Assembly (NCBI GenBank): GCA_030264375.1
Contig: JASCQW010000081.1
Span: 35,818,353 to 35,882,352 of the forward strand
Length of the DNA stretch: 64,000 nt
Source: Carcharhinus longimanus
Lineage: Eukaryota
Direction of reading: 5' to 3'
Below the pieces are notes generated by a model. That model had not been told where the DNA came from, made no database searches, and saw nothing but the letters and a program-made list of their open reading frames with translations. Every line of letters begins with the position of its first letter. The first letter of the stretch is position 1. The translations under genes and the position numbers were made by a program. Shown here piece after piece: positions 13,100 through 25,277 of this stretch.

Positions 13100-15510
13100 C
13101 GAGACTGACTTTCAGGTTAGCATATGGGGAGGACGGTTCAACTGCATGGAAAGTTATGAAAATATTTAAAAAGGAGAACTCAGGAAATGTTATTAATGGA
13201 GGTATTATGATTCAAAAGGAAGGTATAAAAACTAACATAAGGGTGCTTTACCTAAATGCTCATAGCATTCGAAACAAGGTAAATGAGTTGACGGCACAAA
13301 TCATCGTGAATGATTATGATTTAGTGGACATTACAGAGACATGGTTGTAGGGTGGTCATAACTGGGAGTTACATATCCAGGGTTATCAGACTATTCAGAA
13401 GGACAGACAGGAAAATAAGGGAGTTGGTGTAGCTCTGATATTTAAGGGTGACATCAGGGCGGTAGTGAGAGACGATATAGGTTCAATGGAGAAAAAGGTT
13501 GAATCCATTTGGGTGGAAATTAGAAATAGTAAGGAGAAAAAGTCACTGATAGGCATAATCTATTGGCCACCAAGTAATAACATCACGATGAGATGGGCAG
13601 TAAACAAAGAAATAACTGATGCATGTAAAAATAGCACGGCAATTATCATAGGAGATTTTAATCTTCATGTCGATTGGTCAAACTAGATTGCTCAAGGCAG
13701 CCTTGAGGAGGAACTCATAGGATGTATCTCTGATAGTTTCCTCGAACACTATGTAATGGAACCTACGAGGGAGCAAGTTATGCTAGGTCTGGACCTGTGT
13801 AATAAGACACGAATAATTAATAATTAATGTTAGGGAAGGAGTGATCATAGTATGGTTGAATTTAAAGAACAGATGGGGAGAAGGCAAAATCCAATACCAG
13901 TGTCTTGTCCTTAAACAAAGGAGACTACAATGGGATAAAGGAGGAGTTGGCTAAGGTAGACTGGAAGCAAAAACTTTACAGTGAGACAATTTAGGAAGAC
14001 TGGAGGAGTTTCAAAGCGATTTTTCACAGTGCTCAGCATAAGTATATACCAATGAAAAGGAAGGGATGTAGGAAAAGGGATAATCAGCCTTGGATATCTA
14101 CAGAAATAAAGGAGGGTATCAAGTTGTAGAATAATGCTTACAAAGTGACAAAGATTAATGGGAAACTAGATGATTGGGAAATCTTTAAAGGTCAACAGAA
14201 AGCCACAAGAAAAGCTATAAAGAAAAGTAAGATAGATTATGAGATAAACTAGCTCAGAATGTACAAACAGATAACAAAGGCTTCTACAAATATTTAAAAC
14301 AAAAACATGTGGCAAAACATTGGTCCTTCAGAGGATGAGAAGGGGGATTCAATATTGGAAAATGAGGAAATGGCGGAGACATTGAACAGATATTTTGTGT
14401 TGGTCTTCACAGTGGAAGACACAATTAACATGCAACAAATTGCTGATAAGGAGGCTATGGCCAGTGAGGACCTAGAAACGATCATTATCACTAAAGAGGT
14501 AGTGTTGGACAAGTCAATGGGGATAAAGGTAAACAAGTCTTCTGGCCTGATGGAATGCATCCCAGGGCATTAAAAGAGATGGCAGGGAAAATAGCAAATG
14601 TGACGCCACTGTTTAAAAAAGGATGTAGCTAAAAGGCAAGTAATTATAGGCTGGTTAGCTTAAATTCGGCAGTGGGGGAAATACTGGAGTCTATCATCAA
14701 GGAACAAATAGTGAATCATTTGGATAGGAATTGTCCCATTGGGCAGCAGCATGGGTTCATGAAAGGCAAGTCATGTTTAACTAAACTATTGCAATTCTTT
14801 GAGGATATTATGTGTGCGGTAAACAATGGGAACTGGTGGATGTGATGTATATAGATTTGCAGAAGGCATTCAACAAGGTGCCGCACAAAAGGTTGCTGCA
14901 TTAGATAAAGGTGCACGGCATTATAGGTAATGTATTAGCATGGATAAAGGATTGGTTAACTAACAGAAAGCAACGAGTGGGGATGAATGGGTGTCTTTCT
15001 GGTTGGCGATCAGTGACTAGTAGTGTTCCTCAGGGAACACTAGTGTTAGGACCACAATTGTTTGCAATTTACATAGATGATTTGAAGTTGGGGACCAAGT
15101 GTTGTGTGTCAAAGTTCACAAATGACACAAGGATAAGTGGTAGAGCAAAGTGCGCAGAGGACACTTTAAGTCTGCAGGAATATAGAGAGTTTAAGTTAGT
15201 GGGCAAGGGTTTGAAAGAGGAAGGACAATGTTGGTAAATGTGAGGTCATCCATTTGTAGGAATAACAGCAAAATGAACTATTATTTAAATGCTAAAAAAT
15301 TGCAGCAGCTGCTGTGCAGGGGGACCCAGGTGTCCTTGTGCATGAATCGTAAAAAGTTGGTTTGCAGATGCAGCAGGTACTTAAGAAGGCAAATGGAATT
15401 TTGTCCTTCAATGCTGGAGGACTGGAGTTTAAAAATAGGGAGTTTATGTTGTAACTGTATAAGGTGTTGGTGACACCACACCTGGAGTACAGTGTACAGA
15501 TTTGGTCATT
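13100..15510 (+). mobile_element. CR1 LINE ORF2 (endonuclease + RT), inactivated
   Basis: VLYLNAHSIRNKVNEL..DITETWL, ESIWVEIRN..GDFNLHVDW, WIKDWLTNRKQRVG..SVPQGT.VLGPQLFAIYIDDL; stops and frameshifts. Confidence 0.92.
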
Positions 15511-15624
15511 AGTCTGTGAAATACTCTTTCTGTTGTTTTGGACAAATTAACTAAATTAAAGACGAATCACAGTTTTCCATGGCACTCCATAACAGTTTGG
15601 GGCAAAGTAAGGAGGGAAGATTGT

Positions 15625-15920
15625 TAAAGATCAAAGCTTTGACAAAGAGTCACCTGGACTTGAAACGTCAGCTCTTTTCTCTCCTTACAGATGCTGCCAG
15701 ACCTGCTGCGATTTTCCAGCANNNNNNNNNNNNNNNNNNNNNNNNNNNNNNNNNNNNNNNNNNNNNNNNNNNNNNNNNNNNNNNNNNNNNNNNNNNNNNN
15801 NNNNNNNNNNNNNNNNNNNNNTTTTCTCTCCTTACAGATGCTGCCAGACCTGCTGCGATTTTCCAGCATTTTCTCTTTTGGTTTCAGATTCCAGCATCTG
15901 CAGTAATCTGTTTTTATTTT
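15625..15920 (+). mobile_element. Penelope-derived terminal repeat (family B) with degenerate hammerhead core
   Basis: AGCT TTGACAA A GAGTC acctg GACTT GAAA CG TC AGCT at 15635-15673, then cagatgctgccagacctgctg...cagattccagcatctgcag tail. Confidence 0.65.
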
Positions 15921-16439
15921 GAAGATTACTCACTGTTTACAATATAAACACTGTGTGTGTGTATTACAATGTATTTGAAGCCCAAATTGGGGCTGACTGA
16001 CAAAACTGGGAACAGTCTGGTTCAATTTGAAATTGTGGAGTTATCTTTTCCTTGATTGATGTAGAACAAACCAGTGGTGCAAGGTCTGGCCGGTCACTCA
16101 TATGGCTAAAATGTCTGGCAGATTTTAATATCCAGACTTTATTACATTTATTTGCAGAATGACATTTTATTAGATGCATTGACGGGCAGCCTGATCAATT
16201 AGGAGGTAGGACTTCCACTTGAGACCACAGTTTTGAAAGACAGAATGGAACTTGTACAGTTGTGTTGAGAAAAGTCTTGCCTGCTACTTTGATATAAACT
16301 TTTATTGTTTCTTGGGCATATAGGTTTTTATGTTTATCTCTGTGATTTCTCTGTGTTTGTTCTGTGGCCCTCAGAAATGTGTCAGTTTCCCCACTTGCTT
16401 GCAGTATCTGAAAAATGTTCAGGACAAGAGCTGCATACT

Positions 16440-16650
16440 TCAATGCTATTGTGGTGGGATGCTGGTGGAGCAGGTACAGCACAGGAGGTTAGTCCTCTTC
16501 CCAAAAGACAGAACCAGAATGCAAAACACACCCAATGCCAAACCTGGATGGAGGTTGCAGAAGTGATAAATATCCATAACATTACCCAAAGAAATGTCTT
16601 CAGTGTAGAAACTGGTTCAATGACATGTCCAGGACAATACAGGTGGGAGG
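16440..16650 (+). mobile_element. Harbinger Myb/SANT-like exon remnant
   Basis: MLVEQVQHRRLVLFPK..WMEVAEVIN resembles the Myb exons at 28813 and 30452. Confidence 0.5.
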
Positions 16651-17057
16651 TTTCTCTGGTTTCACATGTGCCAAATATTTCCATTGTAGTTTTTGTCTGT
16701 GTATGATTCTCTCTTCTCCCTCTGATGTCCTGTGGTCATTTTGATCAATAAAACCAGCTAGACATCAAGCACATCAATAGTTAATTAAGGTTTTTCACAC
16801 TGTAGCCAGGAGGTACAGGAATGCTTGGTGAGCCTGACAATGACGATCTGTATGTCTGCTGCCATGGACTCTCTCTTTCCCATGTGTATGTAGAATCCTG
16901 GAGAACCTCCCTTCCACCACAGATTACTTGAGTGTTGGTGGTCAATTTCTGGGATGTCTGGTCTTTGTCTGCCAACCAGCTGTCTCTTCATGCAATTTTG
17001 GGTGGGTAGTTGACTGACAGAACATTAATGAGGCTCAGGCATTAAAACTGACCAGGC

Positions 17058-17320
17058 TGCCAATGGGTAACAAAAACAGAAAATACTGGAAAATCTCAGC
17101 AGGTCTGACAGCATCTGTGGGGAGAAAATAGAGCCAACGTTTTGACTCTAGAGGACCCTTCGTCAGAGCTAGACCCTTGATGAAGGGTCACCTANNNNNN
17201 NNNNNNNNNNNNNATTCTCTCTCCACAGATGCTGTCAGACCTGCTGAGATTTTCCAGCATTTTCTGTTTTTGTTTTAGATTCCAGCATCTGCAGCATTTT
17301 ACTTTTATGCCAATGGGTAA
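17058..17320. mobile_element. Penelope-derived inverted-repeat insertion (family B) with 13-bp TSD
   Basis: TSD tgccaatgggtaa at 17058-17070 and 17308-17320; inverted arms; CTGACGAAGGGTC core on the minus strand. Confidence 0.75.
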
Positions 17321-17364
17321 TGCAGGGTGGGAAGTTTTCTTTATTTATTCATGGATGTTATGGT

Positions 17365-17695
17365 AAAGGCTAGCATTTATTGCCCATCCCTAATTGACTA
17401 ACTGAGTCACTTGCTAAGCCATTTCAGTGGGCAGTTAGGTGCCAACCACATTACTGTTGGTCTGAAGTCAATGTAGGGCAGACTTGGGTAAGGACAGCTG
17501 GCTTCCTTCCCAAGGACAACAGTGACACAGGTGGATCTTTATGACCATACACAGATTCCATGGTCATGATTACCAATACTAGCTTTTTATTCCATATTTA
17601 TTTTATTAATTTAAATTCCTAGTTGTCATAATGATTAAATCTGTATCGATCAATCTGGGTTACTAGTTTAGGAAAATAACCCTTATGCCATAGTA
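17365..17695 (-). mobile_element. SINE/LINE-tail repeat
   Basis: gcatttattgcccatccctaattg...gccatttcag...ggtctgaagtca family. Confidence 0.55.
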
Positions 17696-17862
17696 TCCAA
17701 AATAAAGTGGCTCCCTTGCTTTTTCACCAGAAGTTAAAAAGTAATTAAAATCCAAACTGAATTAATTGATATTAACAAAATAATAATTCTTGCAATCATG
17801 AAACCCTTTTAAATTTAGTCTTACAATTTAGAATTCAGTAAGATCAACTAAAGCTAATTATG

Positions 17863-17999
17863 GGCTGGAATTCTCCAGTCTCGTACATCCCCACTGCTAC
17901 TGCCAGCGAGAACAAGGAATTTGGTGCTCAGCCACATCTCCATTCATTGCAGAGGGACTGGAGAATCCCAGCAGCAGGCGAGGTCAGAGAATTCTGGCC
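17863..17999. mobile_element. Harbinger-type MITE (137 bp)
   Basis: TIR GGCTGGAATTCTC / GAGAATTCTGGCC with 3-bp TSD ATG. Confidence 0.7.
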
Positions 18000-18041
18000 A
18001 TGGTGTTTTTAGATAGAAAGAAAGAAATAAAGAATGAGTAC

Positions 18042-18155
18042 CTTGCTGACTGAATTCACAGGGTGCATTAATTTCCTGCACCTTTGGACTTCTGTCATTT
18101 TTTGAGACTTCAGTCATAGACCGTTTACTTTGTGTTGGAGAGATTGATCTAATAT
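18042..18155 (-). CDS. Repeat exon 2 (114 bp, phase 1-1): DIRSISPTQSKRSMTEVSKNDRSPKVQEINAPCEFSQQ
   Basis: Acceptor ttttaaaactacaattcttctgtctttag, donor AAG|gtactc, open frame; absent from the ORF track. Confidence 0.75.
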
Positions 18156-18479
18156 CTAAAGACAGAAGAATTGTAGTTTTAAAAAATGTATTTTGCCAGA
18201 AACATATGTTTTAAGAAGCATTCACTGTATTGCATTTTCAGTGAAAGAAATATATAACTAACACGCAAAAAATTATTTTCACAGAAAAATTACAAACTGC
18301 TTGTAAATTTCTCAAATCTCTGTGTTAATGGTTTGGCCCAATAAAGGAAGGGACAATAAAAGTTAGCAAGAGAAAATATTAATGACAAAGAAATAAAATG
18401 AAGGTAAAATATGCGTACAAATTGACAGAGATAAAAGAGAAAGTATCAACAGGAATCAACTAAAATTATGTCCAATTCT

Positions 18480-19100
18480 GAGTACTACACTCTCTAAAGG
18501 ACATCAAGGCTTGAACTGAGTGCAAAGGAGATTTACCAGAATGATATCAATGATAAGGAACACTTCAGTTATATGCAATGACGGAAAATGTCTTTACTCA
18601 GAGGGTAGTAAGGGCGTGGAATGCCCTGCCTGCAGCAGTTGTGGACTCGCCAACTTTAAGGGCGTTNNNNNNNNNNNNNNNNNNNNNNNNNNNNNNNNNN
18701 NNNNNNNNNNNNNNNNNNNNNNNNNNNNNNNNNNNNNNNNNNNNNNNNNNNNNNNNNNNNNNNNNNTTAGATTGGTTCCACTGGTTGGCGCAACATCGAG
18801 GGCCGAAGGGCCTGTACTGCGCTGTAATGTTCTATGTTCTAAGCTGTGGGTGTGACTACACCAAGTGGATAGTATCAGTGCCAGTAGGCATCTCCCTGCC
18901 ATCTTCTCATGGATAATCAGAGATGGGCAACAAATGCTGGTCCTTCCATCAATGCTCACATCTGGTGAGAATTGTTCTCCTTAGACCTTAGAAGGTTATG
19001 GGGAGTTTCAATGGAGGTGCTCAAAATTACAAGGGATTTTAATAAGTAGAGAGAAACTGTTTCCAGTGGCAGATGTGCCAGTAAACAGGTGATACATATT
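18480..19100 (+). mobile_element. CR1 3' fragments (nested)
   Basis: VQRRFTRMI; FTQRVVRAWNALP; tail ggccgaagggcctgtactgcgctgtaatgttctatgttct. Confidence 0.7.
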
Positions 19101-19125
19101 TAAGATAACTAGTAAAAAAGTGTAC

Positions 19126-19239
19126 CTGAGCAATTGAATTGACATAGTAAATTATTTTTATCCACCAGAGAACACCAATCGTTTTTTGAGGTTGTGGTTA
19201 TTGCCCCTGGCATTTCTACTGAGGAGTCTTGTTTGCTAT
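19126..19239 (-). CDS. Repeat exon 1 (114 bp, phase 1-1): xSKQDSSVEMPGAITTTSKNDWCSLVDKNNLLCQFNCS
   Basis: Acceptor attaaaactacaattcttttgtgttcag, donor CAG|gtacac, open frame, CSLxDK and C-x3-C motifs shared with exons 3 and 4. Confidence 0.8.
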
Positions 19240-19924
19240 CTGAACACAAAAGAATTGTAGTTTTAATAAATAAAAATATAAATATTTCAAGTGTATTCTT
19301 CATCATTTTTCTCTCAATTCATAATCTAAATCTCTATAATCTTTGGGGCTATATCCAAATAAACAGAGAAGAAATCAATTTTAAATTGCACCTTACATGA
19401 CTGAAGAACATTTCAAAGTCATGAACGTTGTGAACCTAGCATGGTGGACCCTGAGGGAGTTCAAGGAGTTAAGTGTAGTACCCATCTGCCCCCTCTGCCA
19501 CTACCAGGCTGCAGAGGGAGGCTCTCCCAAGGGTTCTGGGGGTTGGGTAGGTTAGGGCTAGGGGCAAAGGGTTGACCTCAGCACTCTACCCTGGGGCAGG
19601 AGCCTTGTGACTAGATTGCCCCTTCTCAAGACCTGGAAACTTGAACATCACTCTTGGCATGGTGATTTCAGGCATCTCTCTGACCAAAGTCTTTGTTCTG
19701 ATATGTGTATTTGTGTACTGTGAAAACCTGGACACCTGGCAGGCTTCCAAATCACAGCACCAATTAATTCTGCAGAAGGCATTTCTGTTTTCTCTCTGAG
19801 CTGCAGGTGTGAGAATACTCCTTTCAAGTCCTTTGCCTGACTGGAAAAGTTACTTACATTGGGGCAAGCGGAATCCCATTCTCCACAGCTGCTCACTCAG
19901 CTGCACTCCATTTTTAAAGACTGC

Positions 19925-21073
19925 AGAGGCGATTTTCCCAAAAAAGTTCAGTGCTGCATTTGTGGGAAATTGGTGTAAACCATGATTGTTTCTTCATAGG
20001 AGTTCAGACTTGAATTTCCCACACTCCGTGCAATGCAGAGTTCACAATCATGAATGTCATTTAAAGCCCGGGGTGGGGTGGGGCATATCCATGACAAAGT
20101 CTGATAGTTTGGGCCTCTGCGCATGCGCAGTGGCCCCGTACTGTCAGCCTGCAGTCTGCTGGCCAGCTTGATCACTGACCAGCCCAGGACTCCACAATGC
20201 TGCCCCTCCACACCCCCTGTGGCCGATCGCGGTTCCCACGAGCATTTCCAGGCCGGCTCCAGCCATCCCTCCTCATCCAGGAGCACCCTGATCTCCAGCA
20301 CTCCCCTCCACCCCCCAGCAGTGACGNNNNNNNNNNNNNNNNNNNNNNNNNNNNNNNNNNNNNNNNNNNNNNNNNNNNNNNNNNNNNNNNNNNNNNNNNN
20401 NNNNNNNNNNNNNNNNNNNNNNNNNNNNNNNNNNNNNNNNNNNNNNNNGCCCCAATCACTGGCCTCCCTCTAGCCCTGACTGATCCCAATGGCAGAGTGG
20501 CAGTGGGACCCCCCCACCTCCACCAATAGCACCTTAGCTCTGTCCCATAGGCCCTGCCCCCCTTGGCACTGTCTGATGCCCAGTGGCAGTGCCATGGTGC
20601 CTCCTGGGCATGGGCACTTTGCCCCTTGGGCAGTGCCAGGGGCATAGGCTGTCATTGTCAGAGTGCCTATGCCCAGGGGCATCAACCCTCACCGCCCGAC
20701 CCACTGGGGGGGCCCCGATTGCCCCCCTTTCACACCAGCAGTGTCTCCTGCTAGATCCTTGAAAGTGGGGAGCTACTCTAAACCCTGCCAGACTGAACTT
20801 GTATTGATGGGGTGGGAGATGCTATCAGGCCCAGAGAATTTAGTCCCAGGCCCAATAATGATACGTAAATTACATTAAAATAAGATTAAAATAACTTACC
20901 TGCTGGCCCCGCCTGTTTCCAGTGTGGTCCCAGCCTCGATGGATATCCGTCGCTGGGAGATTGTCGCATGTGCTGGAGGAACGCACATGCGAATCCTGCA
21001 AATTGGCGCACATGCAATTCTCCCAGCCGCTCACACTAATAAAATTGCGCATTGGGATGGGAGAATTGCCCCC
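19925..21073. mobile_element. Non-autonomous Harbinger element (~1.15 kb, GC-rich)
   Basis: Imperfect TIR GGCGATTTTCCCA / TGGGAGAATTGCC; internal gcgcatgcgc and ttggcactgcc..ggcagtgcca motifs shared with 61620-62645. Confidence 0.7.
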
Positions 21074-21289
21074 TGCATGCATTGCTATGAACTTTCTGAG
21101 AAAGCACAACTCTTGAAAATCCTTTGAAGTTGTTTGAATGTAATTTGTGGGTTTGAAGCCCGATTCAAAGTCCTTCTGCCAGCTGTCCAGGGGGTATGGA
21201 GATTAAAGTGACCAACCCACTTCAAAGTACAGAGACCAGAATGAAGACTTTGATCAGAGATCTACCTGGAATCGTCATGCCAAATGAGG

Positions 21290-21620
21290 TACATAGAAAC
21301 CTCCATATCTCATATCCCCTGATCCTTCAGCCCCAAGAATTATACCTAATTACTTCTTGAAATCAGACAATGTTTTGACCTCAACTACATACTGTGCTAG
21401 TGAATTCCACACATTCACCACCCTCTGGGTGAAGAAATTTCTCCTCACCTCAGTTCTAAAAGGTTTACCCCTTTTCCTCAAAATACGATCCCTAGTTCCA
21501 AACTCACCCATCATTGGGAACATTCTTTCTGAATCTACCCTGTCTAATGCTGTTAGAATTTTAGAAGTTTCTATAAGATCCCCTCTCACACTTCTGAACT
21601 CCAGTGAATATAACCCTAAT
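21290..21620 (-). mobile_element. CR1 3' fragment
   Basis: LGLYSLEFRSVRGDLIET..FRTEVRRNFFTQRVVNVWNSL. Confidence 0.85.
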
Positions 21621-22299
21621 GTTCTTTCTGTGGTGAGGGGAGGATACCCATCTATGATCATGAGGGGTTGATGGTGGGGGGGAGGGGGTCACCACCATTT
21701 CCATTGTGGGGAGCAGTGGCCTGTGTCAGTATGGCGATCAGGGCATCCTTTAAAAAGGGGGCCCCAATCTCTGATCAGCCAAGCAGGCAGAGATGTTTCC
21801 TGTGATGCATAGGTTTGCATCACTCAAGCAGGAGAATTCCATTGCTAACACCAGCGGGAAACACTCCAGTGAATCGCAACCCTGTAGAACTTCATTATTT
21901 TTGGTGTGTAGTTACTATTGTCTTGCAGGCAAACATGGGTGTTAACCCACACACTAAATTCCACAGGCAGGTTCACACAATAGGGCAGGTTTTTCTTGCT
22001 GTGCTTGCCCTGAAACAGGAAAATCCTGCCCGAGGTCAATGGACCTGTGCAAGGTCCATCTCCCACCTGCTACGATTCCGCCCATGGAGTTTGTGTTAAT
22101 CTTCCATGAATTTGCAGATGACAAAGTTATAACATATTGTGATAATAGGAAACTTTGCTTATAAACAATTTGCAACAAATCCATTTACATTTTGAAACAT
22201 AAGAAAACTTCAAAATCCAATATTTCACTCTGTTTGAACTTCAATGATAAAACAATAACATGACTGCTTCTCTGAATTATTTGCTAAATTAAATAAGTC

Positions 22300-22705
22300 A
22301 CTGCGTGCGATTCTCCCCCAAAAATTCTAAATTTCGAATGCACGTAAAAACTGGAGTAAATCCTATTGTTTCTTTCAGCGTGATATTCAAAATGAATCTC
22401 CCATACTCTGCACTGCACTGTCCGAGCGTGAATCACATGAAAAATCTGTGGGCGGGGCTATTCTGACTGGAGAGGCCAGCAACAGAGCGTTGAGCAAGTG
22501 TTTTCAGAGTGGAGAATGGTGCATGCGCAGAGGCCCCGCACTGCCAGCCTCCTGATTGCTGGCCAGCCCCTCCACCCAGCATTGCCAGCCACATGACCCC
22601 CCGCCCGCCCCAATCAATGGCCCCCCCGACATGTCCAGCGGGGATCTCACTAAACGGCCTCCGCTTGAGTCTCCCAACTCGCTGCACTGCAAATGCCCCC
22701 ACATG
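22300..22705 (+). mobile_element. Truncated Harbinger non-autonomous element (left end)
   Basis: Begins gcgattctcccc; same terminal family as 19925 and 27820. Confidence 0.55.
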
Positions 22706-23382
22706 AACACTGCATCTAATATCAAATGTCAGAGCACCTTGAGACAGTGCTGGTGACTTGGCTGAGGATAGGAACCAGAGGGGAATTCAGATAGTAGAGA
22801 AACATAGCTGGAAATGGTGGGGAGAAGAGTGGCAAGCAAAATTATTCAGTGGAAAGAAAGGATAGCATCAAATAGGGTCAAAACACAAAAAGTTTCAAAA
22901 AGCAAAATCAAAGGCACTTTATCTGAATGTATGCAGTATGTGCAACAAAGTAAATGAACTGATGATACAAATAGAAGTAAATGGATATGATCAAACTGCT
23001 ATTATGCAGACATGACAATCTGGTGAAATTTGGGAAATGAATATTCCAGCGTATTCAATATTTAAGGTAGATCGGTACAATTAAAAGGAGGTGGAATAGT
23101 GGAATAAAGAATGAGATCAATTACAGGATCTAAGACTGGAAGAACAAGAAGTAGAATTAATGGGGGTGGGTTAAGAAACACAAGTGGTAACAAATATTGG
23201 TGTGAGTTATTTATAGGCCACCAAATAAGGGTGATAATGTAGGACATGGTATAAATTTAAAAAATAGAGGTACATGCACAAGGGTAATACAGTAATCATG
23301 GGAGATTTCAATCTTCATACAGACTGGGTAAACCAAATTAGTCCTAATGCTGTGGAGGACAAACTCTCTGAATATATACAAC

Positions 23383-23581
23383 GGGGGTAATTCTCCAGCC
23401 TCTCAGCGCGTGCTTCTCAGCGGCAAGAAGTGGCATGTTATTCGTTGGCACCAGGATTGTCTGGTCCTTTCGCTGTAAATGGGATTTCCCATTGATGTCA
23501 CCCCCACGCTACTGCAAAACCCATGGGAGGGGTGCACTGCCAGCAGGATCCCCCTGGCATGAACAGCTGGAGAATTACCCC
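23383..23581. mobile_element. Harbinger-type MITE (~200 bp)
   Basis: 16-bp perfect TIR GGGGTAATTCTCCAGC / GCTGGAGAATTACCCC; AAC on both flanks. Confidence 0.75.
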
Positions 23582-23656
23582 AACTTGCTTTTCTTGAATG
23601 GATTGTTGAGGAGTCAACTAGGATGTCGGCCACAAAACCAAAGACTGCTGAGACTT

Positions 23657-23937
23657 GGCTGGCACGGTAGTTAGCACTGATCAAGGGACCCACATTCGAT
23701 TCCTGGCTTGGGTCACTGTCTCTGCAGAGTTTGTACTTGCTTCCTGTGTCTGTGTGGGTTTCCTCCGGGTGCTCCAGTTTCCTCCCAGTCTGAAAGACGT
23801 GCTGGTTAAGTGCATTGGCTATGCTAAATTCTCCACCCGAACAGGCGCTGAAGTGGGACCAGGGATTTTCACAGTAACTTTATTACAGTGTGATGTAAGT
23901 CTACTCATGACACTAATAAAACAAACTTTAAACTTTA
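23657..23937 (+). mobile_element. tRNA-derived V-SINE (HE1-like)
   Basis: Head ggcacggtagttagcactg..ttcgattcc, V-core tgggtttcctccgggtgctccagtttcctccca, tail ending aataaa..aaacttt. Confidence 0.85.
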
Positions 23938-24912
23938 AAAAGTCAGCATGTCTGGCAGCAGTTGTAGGGAGAGAAAACAGAGTTACCATTTCTAAATGTT
24001 AACTCTGCTTTGTCTCCCTACAGACGCTGCCAGATCTGAATTTTTCCAGCATTCTTTGTTTTTGTTTCAGATTCCAGCATCCTCTATAGTTTGTTTATCT
24101 TAGGAAATAGGCCATTTTTGATCCAGTATTGTGCAATGAGCAAGGGCAAATAATCTCATTCTAAAGGAGCATATAGGGAAGAGTGACTATATGTTAGAAT
24201 TTTACATTAAGTCTGAAACTAGGCTCCTAAATCTAAACAAAGGAAATTACAAAAATATGAGGGGCAAAAGATTTGGAAATTGTATTAAAAGATATGGCAA
24301 TGGACAGGCTAATAATGCAATGGCTAGAAATTAAAGGATTAATTCATGGTTTACAATAAATATACATTAATCTGAGGCACAAAATCCAGCAGGAAAGTGA
24401 TCCCACTGTGGTTAACAAGAGAAATTAAAGATTTTATTAAATAAAAGGAAGTGGCTTGCAAGATGCCAAAAAGCAGTAAACCTTTTCTGAGGACCTACAA
24501 ATGATGAAGAAAGGGACAACTGAATGCAAGAGTAAGCCAGTGAAAAACATAAAAACAGATATATAGGTATTTAAAAAGTAAAAATAAATTAGCGTTGTCA
24601 AATGTGGGCCATTGCATAGAGAAGAAAATTAAGAAAATGGCAGAGAAACTGAACAAATACTTTAGTTAAGATTTTGCAGTCCTGCCTCGAGGCAGGACCT
24701 TCTTGGTCCTGCTGAAGTCAATGGACTGTTAGATGATCCACTGCATCCACCATGGAGGAACTGGAAAATACCAGTTAGTGTCAGTTTTCACAGAGGTGAT
24801 ACAAAAAACCTCCCAGAAATATTGTGAAACAAAGGGACTAGTGGAAATGAGGAACGAAAATAAATTAGTATTTGTAACAAAGTAGTATTGGAAAAAAGTT
24901 GATAAATCCCTG

Positions 24913-25277
24913 ACCTCATGATCTACATACTAAAAAGTCTGACAACACCAGGTTTTAGTCCAACCGATTTATTTGATAATAGAACATAGAACATTACAGC
25001 GCAGAACAGGCCCTTCGGCCCACGATGTTGCGCCAACCAGTTAAAAAACAATGACNNNNNNNNNNNNNNNNNNNNNNNNNNNNNNNNNNNNNNNNNNNNN
25101 NNNNNNNNNNNNNNNNNNNNNNNNNNNNNNNNNNNNNNNNNNNNNNNNNNNNNNNAAACCTCGAAAGCTTATGAGTCTATTATCAAATAAATCGGTTGGA
25201 CTAAAACCTGGTGTTGTCAGACTTTTTACTGCGTTTACGCCAGTCCAATGCCGGCGTACCCACCTCATGATCTACAT
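24913..25277. mobile_element. Penelope-derived inverted-repeat insertion (family A) with 16-bp TSD and a CR1 tail inside
   Basis: TSD acctcatgatctacat at 24913-24928 and 25262-25277; inverted arms. Confidence 0.75.

Noticed and set aside
15676-15868. Identical direct repeats either side of 100-N gaps (also 32066-32283 and 45794-45933)
   Set aside because: Most likely overlapping contig ends separated by placeholder gaps, not real tandem repeats
23657-23720. tRNA-like A/B box sequence (also 45620-45680)
   Set aside because: SINE heads, not cloverleaf tRNA genes
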